NCBI RefSeq assembly: GCF_036365525.1
Contig: NC_090417.1
Coordinates: forward strand, 3,024,832-3,088,831
Origin: Heterodontus francisci
Taxonomy: Eukaryota
Length of the DNA: 64,000 nt
Direction of reading: 5' to 3'
Of this stretch, positions 22,001-34,765 are shown piece by piece (the stretch's first letter is position 1; each line of letters begins with the position of its first letter). A program made the position numbers and the translations under genes. The notes below the pieces were generated by a model, which saw nothing but the letters and a program-made list of their open reading frames with translations, ran no database searches and was not told where the DNA came from.

Positions 22001-25000
22001 CTGGGGGTCTCCGGGAGTGTGTCAGTATTTACAGGGGTTCTCCGGGAGTGTGTCGGTATTTACTGGGGTTCTCCTGGAGTGTGTCAGTATTTACAGGGGG
22101 TCTCCGGGAGTGTGTCAGTATTTACTGGGGTTCTCCGGGAGTGTGTCGGTATTTACTGGGGTTCTCCGGGAGTGTGTCAGTATTTACAGGGGGTCCTCGG
22201 GAGTGTGTCAGTATTTACTGGGGGTCTCCGGGAGTGTGTCAGTATTTACAGGGGTTCTCCGGGAGTGTGTCGGTATTTACTGGGGTTCTCCGGGAGTGTG
22301 TCAGTATTTACAGGGGGTCCTCGGGATTGTGTCAGTATTTACTGGGGTTCTCCGGGAGTGTGTCGGTATTTACTGGGGTTCTCCGGGAGTGTGTCAGTAT
22401 TTACAGGGGGTCTCCGGGAGTGTGTCAGTATTTACTGGGGTTCTCCGGGAGTGTGTCAGTATTTACAGGGGGTCTCCGGGAGTGTGTCGGTATTTACAGG
22501 GGGTCCTCGGGAGTGTGTCGGTATTTACAGGGGGTCCTCGGGAGTGTGTCGGTATTTACAGGGGGTCCTCGGGATTGTGTCCGTATTTACTGGGGGTCTC
22601 TGGGAGTGTGTCAGTATTTACTGGGGTTCTCCGGGAGTGTGTCAGTATTTACTGGGGTTCTCCGGGAGTGTGTCAGTATTTACTGGGGTTCTCCGGGAGT
22701 GTGTCAGTATTTACTGGGGGTCCTCGGGAGTGTGTCGGTATTTACAGGGGTTCTCCGGGAGTGTGTCGGTATTTACAGGGGGTCTCCGGGAGTGTGTCAG
22801 TATTTACAGGGGTTCTCCGGGAGTGTGTCGGTATTTACTGGGGTTTTCCGGGAGTGTGTCAGTATTTACAGGGGGTCCTCGGGAGTGTGTCAGTATTTAC
22901 AGGGGTTCTCCGGGAGTGTGTCGGTATTTACTGGGGTTTTCCGGGAGTGTGTCAGTATTTACAGGGGGTCCTCGGGAGTGTGTCAGTATTTACAGGGGTT
23001 CTCCGGGAGTGTGTCACTATTTACAGGGGGTCTCCGGGAGTGTGTCAGTATTTACAGGGGTTCTCCGGGAGTGTGTCACTATTTGCAGGGGGTCTCCGTG
23101 AGTGTGTCACTATTTACAGGGGGTCTCCGGGAGTGTGTCACTATTTACAGGGGTTCTCCGGGAGTGTGTCGGTATTTACAGGTGTTCTCCGGGAGTGTGT
23201 CGGTATTTACAGGGGGTCCTCGGGATTGTGTCAGTATTTACTGGGGTTCTCCGGGAGTGTGTCGGTATTTACAGGGGGTTCTCCGGGAGTGTGTCAGTAT
23301 TTACAGGGGGTCTCCGGGAGTGTGTCACTATTTACAGGGGTTCTCCGGGAGTGTGTCGGTATTTACAGGTGTTCTCCGGGAGTGTGTCGGTATTTACAGG
23401 GGGTCCTCGGGATTGTGTCAGTATTTACTGGGGTTCTCCGGGAGTGTGTCGGTATTTACAGGGGGTTCTCCGGGAGTGTGTCAGTATTTACAGGGGTTCT
23501 CCGGGAGTGTGTCGGTATTTACTGGGGTTTTCCGGGAGTGTGTCGGTATTTACAGGGGGTCCTCGGGAGTGTGTCAGTATTTACAGGGGTTCTCCGGGAG
23601 TGTGTCGGTATTTACTGGGGTTTTCCGGGAGTGTGTCAGTATTTACAGGGGGTCCTCGGGAGTGTGTCAGTATTTACAGGGGTTCTCCGGGAGTGTGTCA
23701 GTATTTACAGGGGTTCTCCGGGAGTGTGTCAGTATTTACAGGGGTTCTCCGGGAGTGTGTCAGTATTTACAGGGGTTCTCCGGGAGTGTGTCACTATTTA
23801 CAGGGGGTCTCCGGGAGTGTGTCACTATTTACAGGGGGTCTCCGGGAGTGTGTCACTATTTACAGGGGGTCTCCGGGAGTGTGTCACTATTTACAGGGGT
23901 TCTCCGGGAGTGTGTCGGTATTTACAGGTGTTCTCCGGGAGTGTGTCGGTATTTACAGGGGGTCCTCGGGATTGTGTCAGTATTTACAGGGGGTTCTCCG
24001 GGAGTGTGTCGGTATTTACAGGGGGTTCTCCGGGAGTGTGTCGGTATTTACAGGGGTTCTCCGGGAGTGTGTCGGTATTTACTGGGGTTTTCCGGGAGTG
24101 TGTCAGTATTTACAGGGGGTCCTCGGGAGTGTGTCAGTATTTACAGGGGTTCTCCGGGAGTGTGTCACTATTTACAGGGGGTCTCCGGGAGTGTGTCAGT
24201 ATTTACAGGGGTTCTCCGGGAGTGTGTCACTATTTACAGGGGGTCTCCGGGAGTGTGTCGGTATTTACAGGGGGTCTCCGGGAGTGTGTCGGTATTTACA
24301 GGGGTTCTCCGGGAGTGTGTCGGTATTTACAGGGGTTCTCCGGGAGTGTGTCGGTATTTACAGGGGTTCTCCGGGAATGTGTCGGTATTTACAGGGGTTC
24401 TCCGGGAGTGTGTCGGTATTTACAGGGGTTCTCCGGGAGTGTGTCGGTATTTACAGGGGTTCTCCGGGAGTGTGTCGGTATTTACAGGGGTTCTCCGGGA
24501 GTGTGTCGGTATTTACTGGGGTTCTCCGGGAGTGTGTCGGTATTTACAGGGGGTCCTCGGGAGTGTGTCAGTATTTACTGGGGGTCTCCGGGAGTGTGTC
24601 AGTATTTACAGGGGTTCTCCGGGAGTGTGTCGGTATTTACTGGGGTTCTCCGGGAGTGTGTCAGTATTTACAGGGGGTCCTCGGGATTGTGTCAGTATTT
24701 ACTGGGGTTCTCCGGGAGTGTGTCGGTATTTACTGGGGTTCTCCGGGAGTGTGTCAGTATTTACAGGGGGTCTCCGGGAGTGTGTCGGTATTTACTGGGG
24801 TTCTCCGGGAGTGTGTCGGTATTTACAGGGGGTCTCCGGGAGTGTGTCGGTATTTACAGGGGGTCCTCGGGAGTGTGTCGGTATTTACAGGGGGTCCTCG
24901 GGATTGTGTCAGTATTTACTGGGGGTCTCTGGGAGTGTGTCAGTATTTACTGGGGTTCTCCGGGAGTGTGTCAGTATTTACTGGGGTTCTCCGGGAGTGT

Positions 25001-28000
25001 GTCAGTATTTACTGGGGTTCTCCGGGAGTGTGTCAGTATTTACTGGGGGTCCTCGGGAGTGTGTCGGTATTTACAGGGGTTCTCCGGGAGTGTGTCGGTA
25101 TTTACAGGGGGTCTCCGGGAGTGTGTCAGTATTTACAGGGGTTCTCCGGGAGTGTGTCGGTATTTACTGGGGTTTTCCGGGAGTGTGTCAGTATTTACAG
25201 GGGGTCCTCGGGAGTGTGTCAGTATTTACAGGGGTTCTCCGGGAGTGTGTCGGTATTTACTGGGGTTTTCCGGGAGTGTGTCAGTATTTACAGGGGGTCC
25301 TCGGGAGTGTGTCAGTATTTACAGGGGTTCTCCGGGAGTGTGTCACTATTTACAGGGGGTCTCCGGGAGTGTGTCAGTATTTACAGGGGTTCTCCGGGAG
25401 TGTGTCACTATTTACAGGGGGTCTCCGGGAGTGTGTCACTATTTACAGGGGGTCTCCGGGAGTGTGTCACTATTTACAGGGGTTCTCCGGGAGTGTGTCG
25501 GTATTTACAGGTGTTCTCCGGGAGTGTGTCGGTATTTACAGGGGGTCCTCGGGATTGTGTCAGTATTTACTGGGGTTCTCCGGGAGTGTGTCGGTATTTA
25601 CAGGGGGTTCTCCGGGAGTGTGTCAGTATTTACAGGGGTTCTCCGGGAGTGTGTCGGTATTTACTGGGGTTTTCCGGGAGTGTGTCAGTATTTACAGGGG
25701 GTCCTCGGGAGTGTGTCAGTATTTACAGGGGTTCTCCGGGAGTGTGTCACTATTTACAGGGGGTCTCCGGGAGTGTGTCAGTATTTACAGGGGTTCTCCG
25801 GGAGTGTGTCACTATTTACAGGGGGTCTCCGGGAGTGTGTCGGTATTTACAGGGGGTCTCCGGGAGTGTGTCGGTATTTACAGGGGGTCTCCGGGAGTGT
25901 GTCGGTATTTACAGGGGTTCTCCGAGAGTGTGTCGGTATTTACAGGGGTTCTCCGGGAGTGTGTCGGTATTTACAGGGGTTCTCCGGGAGTGTGTCGGTA
26001 TTTACAGGGGTTCTCCGGGAGTGTGTCGGTATTTACAGGGGTTCTCCGGGAGTGTGTCGGTATTTACAGGGGTTCTCCGGGAGTGTGTCGGTATTTACAG
26101 GGGTTCTCCGGGAGTGTGTCGGTATTTACAGGGAGTCTCCGGGAGTGTGTCGGTATTTACAGGGAGTCTCCGGGAGTGTGTCGGTATTTACAGGGGTTCT
26201 CCGGGAGTGTGTCGGTATTTACTGGGGGTCTCCGGGAGTGTGTCGGTATTTACAGGGGTTCTCCGGGAGTGTGTCGGTATTTACAGGGGTTCTCCGGGAG
26301 TGTGTCGGTATTTACAGGGGTTCTCCGGGAGTGTGTCGGTATTTACAGCGGGTCTCCGGGAGTGTGTCGGTATTTACAGGGGTTCTCCGGGAGTGTGTCG
26401 GTATTTACTGGGGTTCTCCGGGAGTGTGTCGGTATTTACTGGGGTTCTCCGGGAGTGTGTCGGTATTTACAGGGGTTCTCCGGGAGTGTGTCGGTATTTA
26501 CAGGGGTTCTCCGGGAGTGTGTCGGTATTTACAGGGGTTCTCCGGGAGTGTGTCGGTATTTACAGGGGTTCTCCGGGAGTGTGTCGGTATTTACAGGGGT
26601 TCTCCGGGAGTGTGTCGGTATTTACAGGGGGTCTCCGGGAGTGTGTCAGTATTTACAGGGGTTCTCCGGGAGTGTGTCAGTATTTACAGGGGTTCTCCGG
26701 GAGTCTGTCAGTATTTACAGGGGTTCTCCGGGAGTCTGTCAGTATTTACAGGGGTTCTCCGGGAGTGTGTCAGTATTTACAGGGGTTCTCCGGGAGTCTG
26801 TCAGTATTTACAGGGGTTCTCCGGGAGTGTGTCAGTATTTACAGGGGTTCTCCGGGAGTCTGTCAGTATTTACAGGGGTTCTCCGGGAGTGTGTCAGTAT
26901 TTACAGGGGTTCTCCGGGAGTCTGTCAGTATTTACAGGGATTCTCCGGGAGTGTGTCAGTATTTACTGGGGGTCCTCGGGTTTGTGTCAGTATTTACTGG
27001 GGGTCCTCGGGATTGTGTCAGTATTTACAGGGGTTCTCCGGGAGTGTGTCAGTATTTACAGGGGGTCCCCGGGAGTGTGTCAGTATTTACAGGGGGTCCC
27101 CGGGAGTGTGTCAGTATTTACAGGGGGTCTCCGGGAGTGTGTCAGTATTTACAGGGGTTCTCCGGGAGTGTGTCACTATTTACTGGGGGTCTCCGGGAGT
27201 GTGTCACTATTTACTGGGGGTCCTCGGGAGTGTGTCAGTATTTACAGGGGGTCCTCGGGAGTGTGTCAGTATTTACAGGGGTCCCGGGGAGTGTGTCAGT
27301 ATTTACAGGGGGTCCTCGGGAGTGTGTCAGTATTTACAGGGGTCCCGGGAGTGTGTCACTATTTACAGGGTGTCCTCGGGATTATGTCAGTATTTACTGG
27401 GGGTCTCCGGGAGTGTGTCAGTATTTACAGCGGGTCTCCGGGAGTGTGTCGGTATTTACAGGGGTTCTCCGGGAGTGTGTCGGTATTTACTGGGGTTCTC
27501 CGGGAGTGTGTCGGTATTTACTGGGGTTCTCCGGGAGTGTGTCGGGATTTACAGGGGTTCTCCGGGAGTGTGTCGGTATTTACAGGGGTTCTCCGGGAGT
27601 GTGTCGGTATTTACAGGGGTTCTCCGGGAGTGTGTCGGTATTTACAGGGGTTCTCCGGGAGTGTGTCGGTATTTACAGGGGTTCTCCGGGAGTGTGTCAG
27701 TATTTACAGGGGGTCTCCGGGAGTGTGTCAGTATTTACAGGGGTTCTCCGGGAGTGTGTCAGTATTTACAGGGGTTCTCCGGGAGTCTGTCAGTATTTAC
27801 AGGGGTTCTCCGGGAGTCTGTCAGTATTTACAGGGGTTCTCCGGGAGTGTGTCAGTATTTACAGGGGTTCTCCGGGAGTGTGTCAGTATTTACAGGGGTT
27901 CTCCGGGAGTGTGTCAGTATTTACAGGGGTTCTCCGGGAGTCTGTCAGTATTTACAGGGGTTCTCCGGGAGTGTGTCAGTATTTACAGGGGTTCTCCGGG

Positions 28001-29320
28001 AGTCTGTCAGTATTTACAGGGATTCTCCGGGAGTGTGTCAGTATTTACTGGGGGTCCTCGGGATTGTGTCAGTATTTACTGGGGGTCCTCGGGATTGTGT
28101 CAGTATTTACAGGGGTTCTCCGGGAGTGTGTCAGTATTTACAGGGGGTCTCCGGGAGTGTGTCAGTATTTACAGGGGGTCCCCGGGAGTGTGTCAGTATT
28201 TACAGGGGGTCTCCGGGAGTGTGTCAGTATTTACAGGGGTTCTCCGGGAGTGTGTCACTATTTACTGGGGGTCTCCGGGAGTGTGTCACTATTTACTGGG
28301 GGTCCTCGGGAGTGTGTCAGTATTTACAGGGGGTCCTCGGGAGTGTGTCAGTATTTACAGGGGTCCCGGGGAGTGTGTCAGTATTTACAGGGGGTCCTCG
28401 GGAGTGTGTCAGTATTTACAGGGGTCCCGGGAGTGTGTCACTATTTACAGGGGGTCCTCGGGATTATGTCAGTATTTACTGGGGGTCTCCGGGAGTGTGT
28501 CAGTATTTACAGGGGTTCTCCGGGAGTGTGTCACTATTTGCAGGGGGTCTCCGGGAGTGTGTCAGTATTTACAGGGGGTCCTCGGGAGTGTGTCAGTATT
28601 TACAGGGGGTCCTCGGGAGTGTGTCACTATTTACAGGGGGTCCTCGGGATTGTGTCAGTATTTACTGGGGGTCTCCGGGAGTGTGTCAGTATTTACTGGG
28701 GGTCCTCGGGAGTGTGTCAGTATTTACAGGGGGTCCTCGGGAGTGTGTCAGTATTTACAGGGGGTCCTCGGGAGTGTGTCAGTATTTACAGGGGTCCCGG
28801 GAGTGTGTCAGTATTTACAGGGGGTCCTCGGGAGTGTGTCAGTATTTACAGGGGTCCTCGGGAGTGTGTCAGTATTTACAGGGGTCCTCGGGAGTGTGTC
28901 AGTATTTACAAGGGGTCCTCGGGAGTGTCAGTATTTACAGTGGTCCCGGGAATGTGTCAGTATTTACAGAGGGTCTCCGGGAGTGTGTCAGTATTTACAG
29001 GGGGTCCTCAGGAGTTTGTCTGTATTTACAGGGGGTCTATGGGAGTGTGTCAGTCTCTCCAGGGGTTTGGGAGGGTGTCAGTATCTCCAGGGGTTTGGGA
29101 GGGTGTCAGTATTTACAGGGGTTTGGGAGGGTGTCAGTATTTACAGGGGTATGGGAGGGTGTCAGTCTCTACAGGGGTTTGGGAGGGTGTCAGTCTCTAC
29201 AGGGGTTTGGGAGGGTGTCAGTCTCTACAGGGGTTTGGGAGGGTGTCAGTATTTACAGGGGTTTGGGAGGGTGTCAGTATCTCCAGGGGTTTGAGAGAGT
29301 GTCAGTATCTCCAGGGTGTT
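19090..29320. repeat. ~10.2 kb tandem array of a 31-bp unit (roughly 325 copies), ending in a 28-bp variant
   Basis: Unit gggagtgtgtc(a/g)gtatttac(a/t)gggg(tt/gt)ctcc. 28-bp variant gggagggtgtcagtctctacaggggttt from ~29050. Confidence 0.98.
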
Positions 29321-29436
29321 ACGGGTATGACTTGATGGGAAAGAATCAAACTCACGATAACTTTATGGGTGCACTGATTTTTCTGTCACTGCCTTTGTTT
29401 TGTGTAGAGAGGAAGTCAGTCTCTGGGCTTGTGTAA

Positions 29437-29593
29437 ATGATGTCTGGACAGCACAAGTGCCCCGAGTGTGGCTCCAGCGCGGTGGAAGAAGACTCGCATT
29501 ACAGCCAAAACCATCTCGTGTGCACTGAATGCGGCTTCCTGCTAACTGAAGGACTACTCACAACAACTCGCTCCGAGGAGACGTTCTTCCAAG
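29437..29593 (+). CDS. BRF2: BRF2 (TFIIIB 50 kDa subunit) first coding exon, zinc ribbon
   Basis: CPECGSSAVEEDSHYSQNHLVCTECG zinc ribbon; upstream acceptor tttgtgtag at 29407; donor G|gtacaa. Confidence 0.93.
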
Positions 29594-30289
29594 GTACAAG
29601 CCTTGTTCAGCACCTAATGACTCCCAGAAATGACTGTGTTCTCTGAGCAAGGTACACGATGCAGGGTGTGTGCTGACCTCGGGTATCACAGCTCACGTAA
29701 CTGCCCCTGTAATAAGGAGAGGAAAGTTTTGCTCCTGTTTCTGCTCCTGATCACCTATCATGGCTGAAAAAGTTTGTCTCTACACTGGACTAGCCTCCTG
29801 ACACTCCGTTTCAATCATGAAATCATTCAACAGTCTCACAACACTCTTGTTAAAAAAAACCTCCCACTTTCTGTCCTAAATATCTTGCATTTTATATCTA
29901 TGTCCTCTTGTTCCTGATGCCTCAAATCTCTGGAATCATTGTCTCTCCACTCTACTATTCCTTCATCATGTTAAGCACCTCTGTTGAATCACCTCACCAT
30001 CTCAATTGTTCAAGCCTTTCCTCATATTTGTATTTCCTCATACTGGGCACATCCTAGTGAATTTACGCTGATCCCTCTCCATTGCCTTATCCTGCTATCT
30101 TGCAGAACTGAAAACTGCACACAGTCCTCCAGATGTGGTTGGAGTGAGGTTTTATATAAATTCCCCTTATTCTGTATCTCTTCCTCGAAACCCTTTTCAA
30201 TGGACTCATCCACTTTTACTGAGATACTTTTAATGTCTTGGGAACTGAACATCTGAATCCCTTTGCTCTTCCACATTAAGTGACCTTCC

Positions 30290-31920
30290 ACCCAACATAT
30301 CAGGAGCAGGCCATTCAGCCCATCGAGCCTGCCCTGCCATGCAATATGATCATGGCTGATCTTCCACTTCAATGCGTTTTTCCCACACTATCCCCATATC
30401 TCTTTATGTCATTTGTATTTAGAAATCTGTCAGTCTCTGCTTTAAACATACTCAATGACTGAGCTTCCACAGTCCTCTGGGATAGAGAATTCCAAAGATT
30501 CACTACCCTCTGAGTAAAGAAATTTCTCCTCATCTCTGTCCTAAGTGGCTTCCCCCTTATTTTGAAATTGTGTCCCCTGGTTGTAGACTCTCCAACCAGG
30601 GGAAACATCTTAACTGCATCTACCCTGTCTATCCCTTTAAGTGTTTTGTAGGTTTCAATGTGATGACCTGTCATTCTTTGAAACTCTAGAGAATACAGGC
30701 CCGGTTTCCCCAACCTCTCTTCATCGAACAGTCCAACCATCCGAGGAACAAGTCTGGTGAACCTTCATTGCACTCCCTGTATGGCAATAATATCCCTTCG
30801 AAGGTAAGGGGAACAAAACTGCACACAGTACTCCAGGTGCGGTCTAACCAAGGTTCTACACAATTGAGGTTTGGAGGGGATTTGAGGAAAATAATTTTCA
30901 CCCAGAGGGTGGTTGGAATCTGGAACACACTGCCTGAAGGGGTGATAGAGGCAGGATCCCTCACATGGATTTATGAATGGGAAATCATGTTTGAGTACTT
31001 GAAATGCGATAGCATACAAGGCTACGGGCCAAGGACTGGAAAATGGGATTAGAATAGATAGGGGCTTGATGGCCAGCACAGACACGATGGACCGAAGAGC
31101 CTGTTTCTGTGCTGTATAACTCTATGAAGCAAGACCCCACTACTCCTGTACTCAAATCCCCTTGCAATAAAGGCTAACATACCATTAGCCTTCCTAATTG
31201 ATTGCTGCACCTGCATGTTAGCTTTCAGTGACGTATTGACAAGAACACCCAGGTCCCTTTGTACATCTACACTTTCTAATCTCTTACCATTTAAAAAATA
31301 CTCTGCATATCTGTTCCTCCTACCAAAGTGGATAACCTGACATTTTCCACATTAATGTTCCATCTGCCAATCAGTTCATTATTATCCATGTGTCTATTTC
31401 TCACATCCTTTAGAATAGATTCTAACATTTTCCCTACTACTGATATAAAGCTAACAGGTCTGTAATCCCCTGTTTTCTCTCTACCTCCCTTGTTAAATAG
31501 TGGGGTGACATTTGCTACCTTCCAATCTGCAGGAACTGCTCCAGAATCTAGAATTTTGGAAGATGATCACCAATGCATCCACTAGCTACCTCTTTCAACA
31601 CTCTGGGATGTAAATTATCAGGTCCTGGGGACTTATCAGTCTTCAGCCCCATTAATTTCTCCAATACAACCTTCTTACTAATACTAGTTTCCTTCAATTC
31701 CTCATTCTTCCTAGTCCCTTGGATCTCTGACTCTGGGAGATTTCTTGTCCCTTCCTCAGTGAAGACAGACACAAAGTAATCATTTAGCTTCTCTGCTATT
31801 TCTCTAGTTCCCATTATAAATTCTCCTGACTCTGCCTGTAATGGACCCACATTTGTCTTAGCCAAACATTTCCTTTTTACGTTTCTATAGAAGGTTTTAC
31901 GATCCGTTTTTATATTTTTT
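30290..31920 (-). mobile_element. CR1 LINE fragments with a nested plus-strand CR1 3' end (~30867-31127)
   Basis: RT C-terminus motifs and KSPGPDNLHPRVLKE. Confidence 0.85.
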
Positions 31921-32171
31921 GCTAGCTATTCTCCCTCTATTCTTCCCTTTTGTTCTTCTTCCACCCCCTCCCCCGCTTGCTGAAAGCCTATTACATTTCT
32001 AACCCTTGCCAGTTCTGATGAAAGGTCAACTATGTTAAAGAAATCTTCAAGCCTGTTTGTGAAGAAGACACTGAGACTCATGCTTTGGTGTCGATCATTT
32101 ATTGCTTGTCACAGAGCTTACTTCTGCTCTTCAAACAACACCACCAGCCAGTGCTGGCTGGTCTATATTAC

Positions 32172-32206
<35 letters not shown>

Positions 32207-32391
32207 CGACTACAATTAACTAATTAACACCCAACACCTGTTCTCCCTATTATCTTGAACTACCAGATATCTGTCATCCATTATCAGAACTTCAGACCCT
32301 AATAATCAACCTGAAACGTTAACTCTGCTTTTCTCTCCACAGATGCCGCCTGACCTGCTGAGTATTTCCAGCATGTTCTGTTTTTGTTCCA

Positions 32392-33165
32392 GCAAAGTTA
32401 TAGCTCCTGGGATAAAAGGGACAGCAGCAACATGGATATGAATTTGGCTGAGTGACAGGAAACAGAAAGCAGTGGTTAAGGGATGTTTTTTGGACTGGAG
32501 GAAGGTTTGTAGTGGAGTTTCCCAGGGGTCAGTGTTGGAACCCTTGATCTTCCTGATATATATTAATGGCCTAGACCTTCGTGTACAGGGAACAATTTCA
32601 AAATTTGCTGATTATACAAAAGTTGGAAGCGTTGTGAACTGTGAGGAGGATGGTGTGGAACTTCAAAAGGACATACACTAGTTGGTAGAATGGGCAGACA
32701 AGTAGCATTTGAAGTTCAATGCGGAGAAATGTGAAGTGATTCATTTTGGTAGGAAGTACACGGACAGACAATATAAAATAAAGGGTATAATTCGAAAAGG
32801 AGTGCAAGAGAAGAGGGACTTGGGTGTATATGTGCGTAAGTTAATGAAGGTGGCAGGACAGGTTGAGAGAGCAGTCAATAAAGCATAAAGTATCCTCGGC
32901 TGTATTAATAGAGCCATAGAGTACAAAAGCAAGGAGGTAATGTTAAACTTGTGTAAGACACTGGTTCGGTCTCAGCTGGAGTATTGCTTCCAGTTCTGGG
33001 TGCCGAACTTGGGGAAAGATGTGAAGGCATAGGAGAGAGTACAGAAATGATTCATGAGAATGGTCCAGGGATGAGGAACTTGATTTACGAAATAGATTGG
33101 AGAAGGGAAGGGTGAGAGGAGATTTGATAGAGGTATTCAAAATCATGAGGGGTCTGGACAGAGTA
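32392..33165 (+). mobile_element. CR1 LINE RT fragment
   Basis: SGVSQGSVLEPLIFLIYINGL and SKFADYTKV motifs. Confidence 0.85.
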
Positions 33166-33413
33166 GATTTCAGCATCTGCAATATTTTGCTTTTGAGGCA
33201 AAAGCCACTCACTCTGGCAGCGAAGCATGTGAGAGGTGAGTTCTAAATCTGCTCTTATTTCAATGTTTCAGGCAGGATTGCAAAATCCATCTAGGTATTT
33301 AGGGGAGTACATCTGGGAGTACAGGAGACCATGGCCCACAGCTTAAATAGCACAGCCTCTTTCAATGTTGAACTGCACTGTTGGAAGTTCACTGTTTCAA
33401 TTCTTTTCCGCAG

Positions 33414-33473
33414 CAGTGAGATACACTGAGAGCACAGCAGAGGTGAAAAAGCCTTGTCGCAATCAGATACAAG
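33414..33473 (+). CDS. BRF2: BRF2 exon 2
   Basis: 60 nt; AVRYTESTAEVKKPCRNQIQ; ttccgcag| acceptor (NAGNAG), |gtaaga donor. Confidence 0.85.
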
Positions 33474-34443
33474 GTAAGATACTTTAATAGTAAAAGTGGA
33501 AATAAGCATTTGAAAGTGAGTAGAGCCATCATTTGAAGGCAAGCCAGTTGTTGCTGGTCAGGAGTGGAAAGTTCCACAGAAAATAGTGCAGCTTATTACA
33601 ATGTCAAAGATCGAAGTTGCGGGAACTTTTACTAAAAGTACCAGGTCTGACAAAAGGTCATCGACCTGGAACGTTGATGCTGTTTCTCTGCCTGACCCTC
33701 TGAGTACTTCCAGCATTCTCCACTTGAGGGAGATGGATTGGTGGCTGAGGTCAGTGCTAATTGACACACTGTCTCAGCCAATGAGCTGGAGGTGGGGGCG
33801 GGACTTAAACCTCGATAAATAACCTGTAATTAGCCACAACATTTGCATATCTGTTCATAAAAGGAAATTCAAGAAATTTGGACTTTACTGGATAAAAAGA
33901 CATGCGTTTTTCTCACATCTTATATGACCTCAGGAATTCTTTTGAAGTGTGGTCGCTGTTGTAATGTAGGAAACTCGGCAACCAATTTGCACACAGCAAG
34001 ATTCCGAAATGGCAGTGAGATAAAATGGCCAGTTTTTAAATGATGTTGATTTGAGGAATAAATATTGGCCAGGATGCCAGGAAGAACGCCCATGCTCTTC
34101 TTTGAACAGTGATCAATTAAGACCACCTGAGGGGGCAGAAATTGCGTTAGTTTACTGTCTCATCTGAAAGTCTGCACCTCTGACAGCACAATGCTCCCTC
34201 AGTACTGCTCCTCTGACAGCGTGACGCTGCCTCAGTCCTGACCCTGCAACAGCACTCACTCAGAGCTGACCCTCTGGTGCAGCGTTCCCTCAGTACTGCC
34301 CCTCATCAGCTCCCTCAGTATTGTCTTGAGTGTAAGATTTCTCAGTTGTTGGCATTTTACTTACATTTCTGCAGTCATTTCACTGACCTCGTCCTTCTCC
34401 TGTGGATGACTCTAATTGTCTCTCTCTCCCTCGCTACCCCAAG

Positions 34444-34765
34444 GTCAAAAGCGGGTCCGTGACCTTTGCAGGATTCTTCGTGTGCGTCCGGTTGTCGAGG
34501 ACACAGCCAGCGAGCTTTACCTGAGGGCTTACGAGCATCAGAGCTTCCTGCACGTCACTCTGGAGAAGAAGGAGGCCTTGGTGGGCTGCTGCGTTCACAT
34601 CTCCTGTCGCCAGCACAACTGGCCCCTGACCATGAGCACCGTCTGCTCACTGCTTCACGTGGACCCCACCCTCTTCTCGACGGTCTACCAGCACCTGGTG
34701 AAAGAACTTTTGCTGGACATCCCCACTCTCAGCCTGCTGGATCTGGTGAAAACCCACTGTGACGG
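34444..34765 (+). CDS. BRF2: BRF2 exon 3, first cyclin fold
   Basis: GQKRVRDLCRILRV...KKEALVGCCVHISCRQHNWPLTM...LVKTHCD; 322 nt. Confidence 0.95.

Noticed and set aside
19090-29320. CRISPR-like array (also the 35-bp, 34-bp and 38-bp repeats)
   Set aside because: Head-to-tail repeats with no unique spacers, no cas genes, and a eukaryotic context
19070-29436. Giant 1343-3449 aa ORFs in all three plus frames
   Set aside because: The 31-bp unit lacks TAA/TAG/TGA on this strand and is not a multiple of 3, so every frame cycles through the same peptide. Single-base indels are tolerated freely and the longest ORF ends in TAA just before the BRF2 ATG. Satellite artefact.
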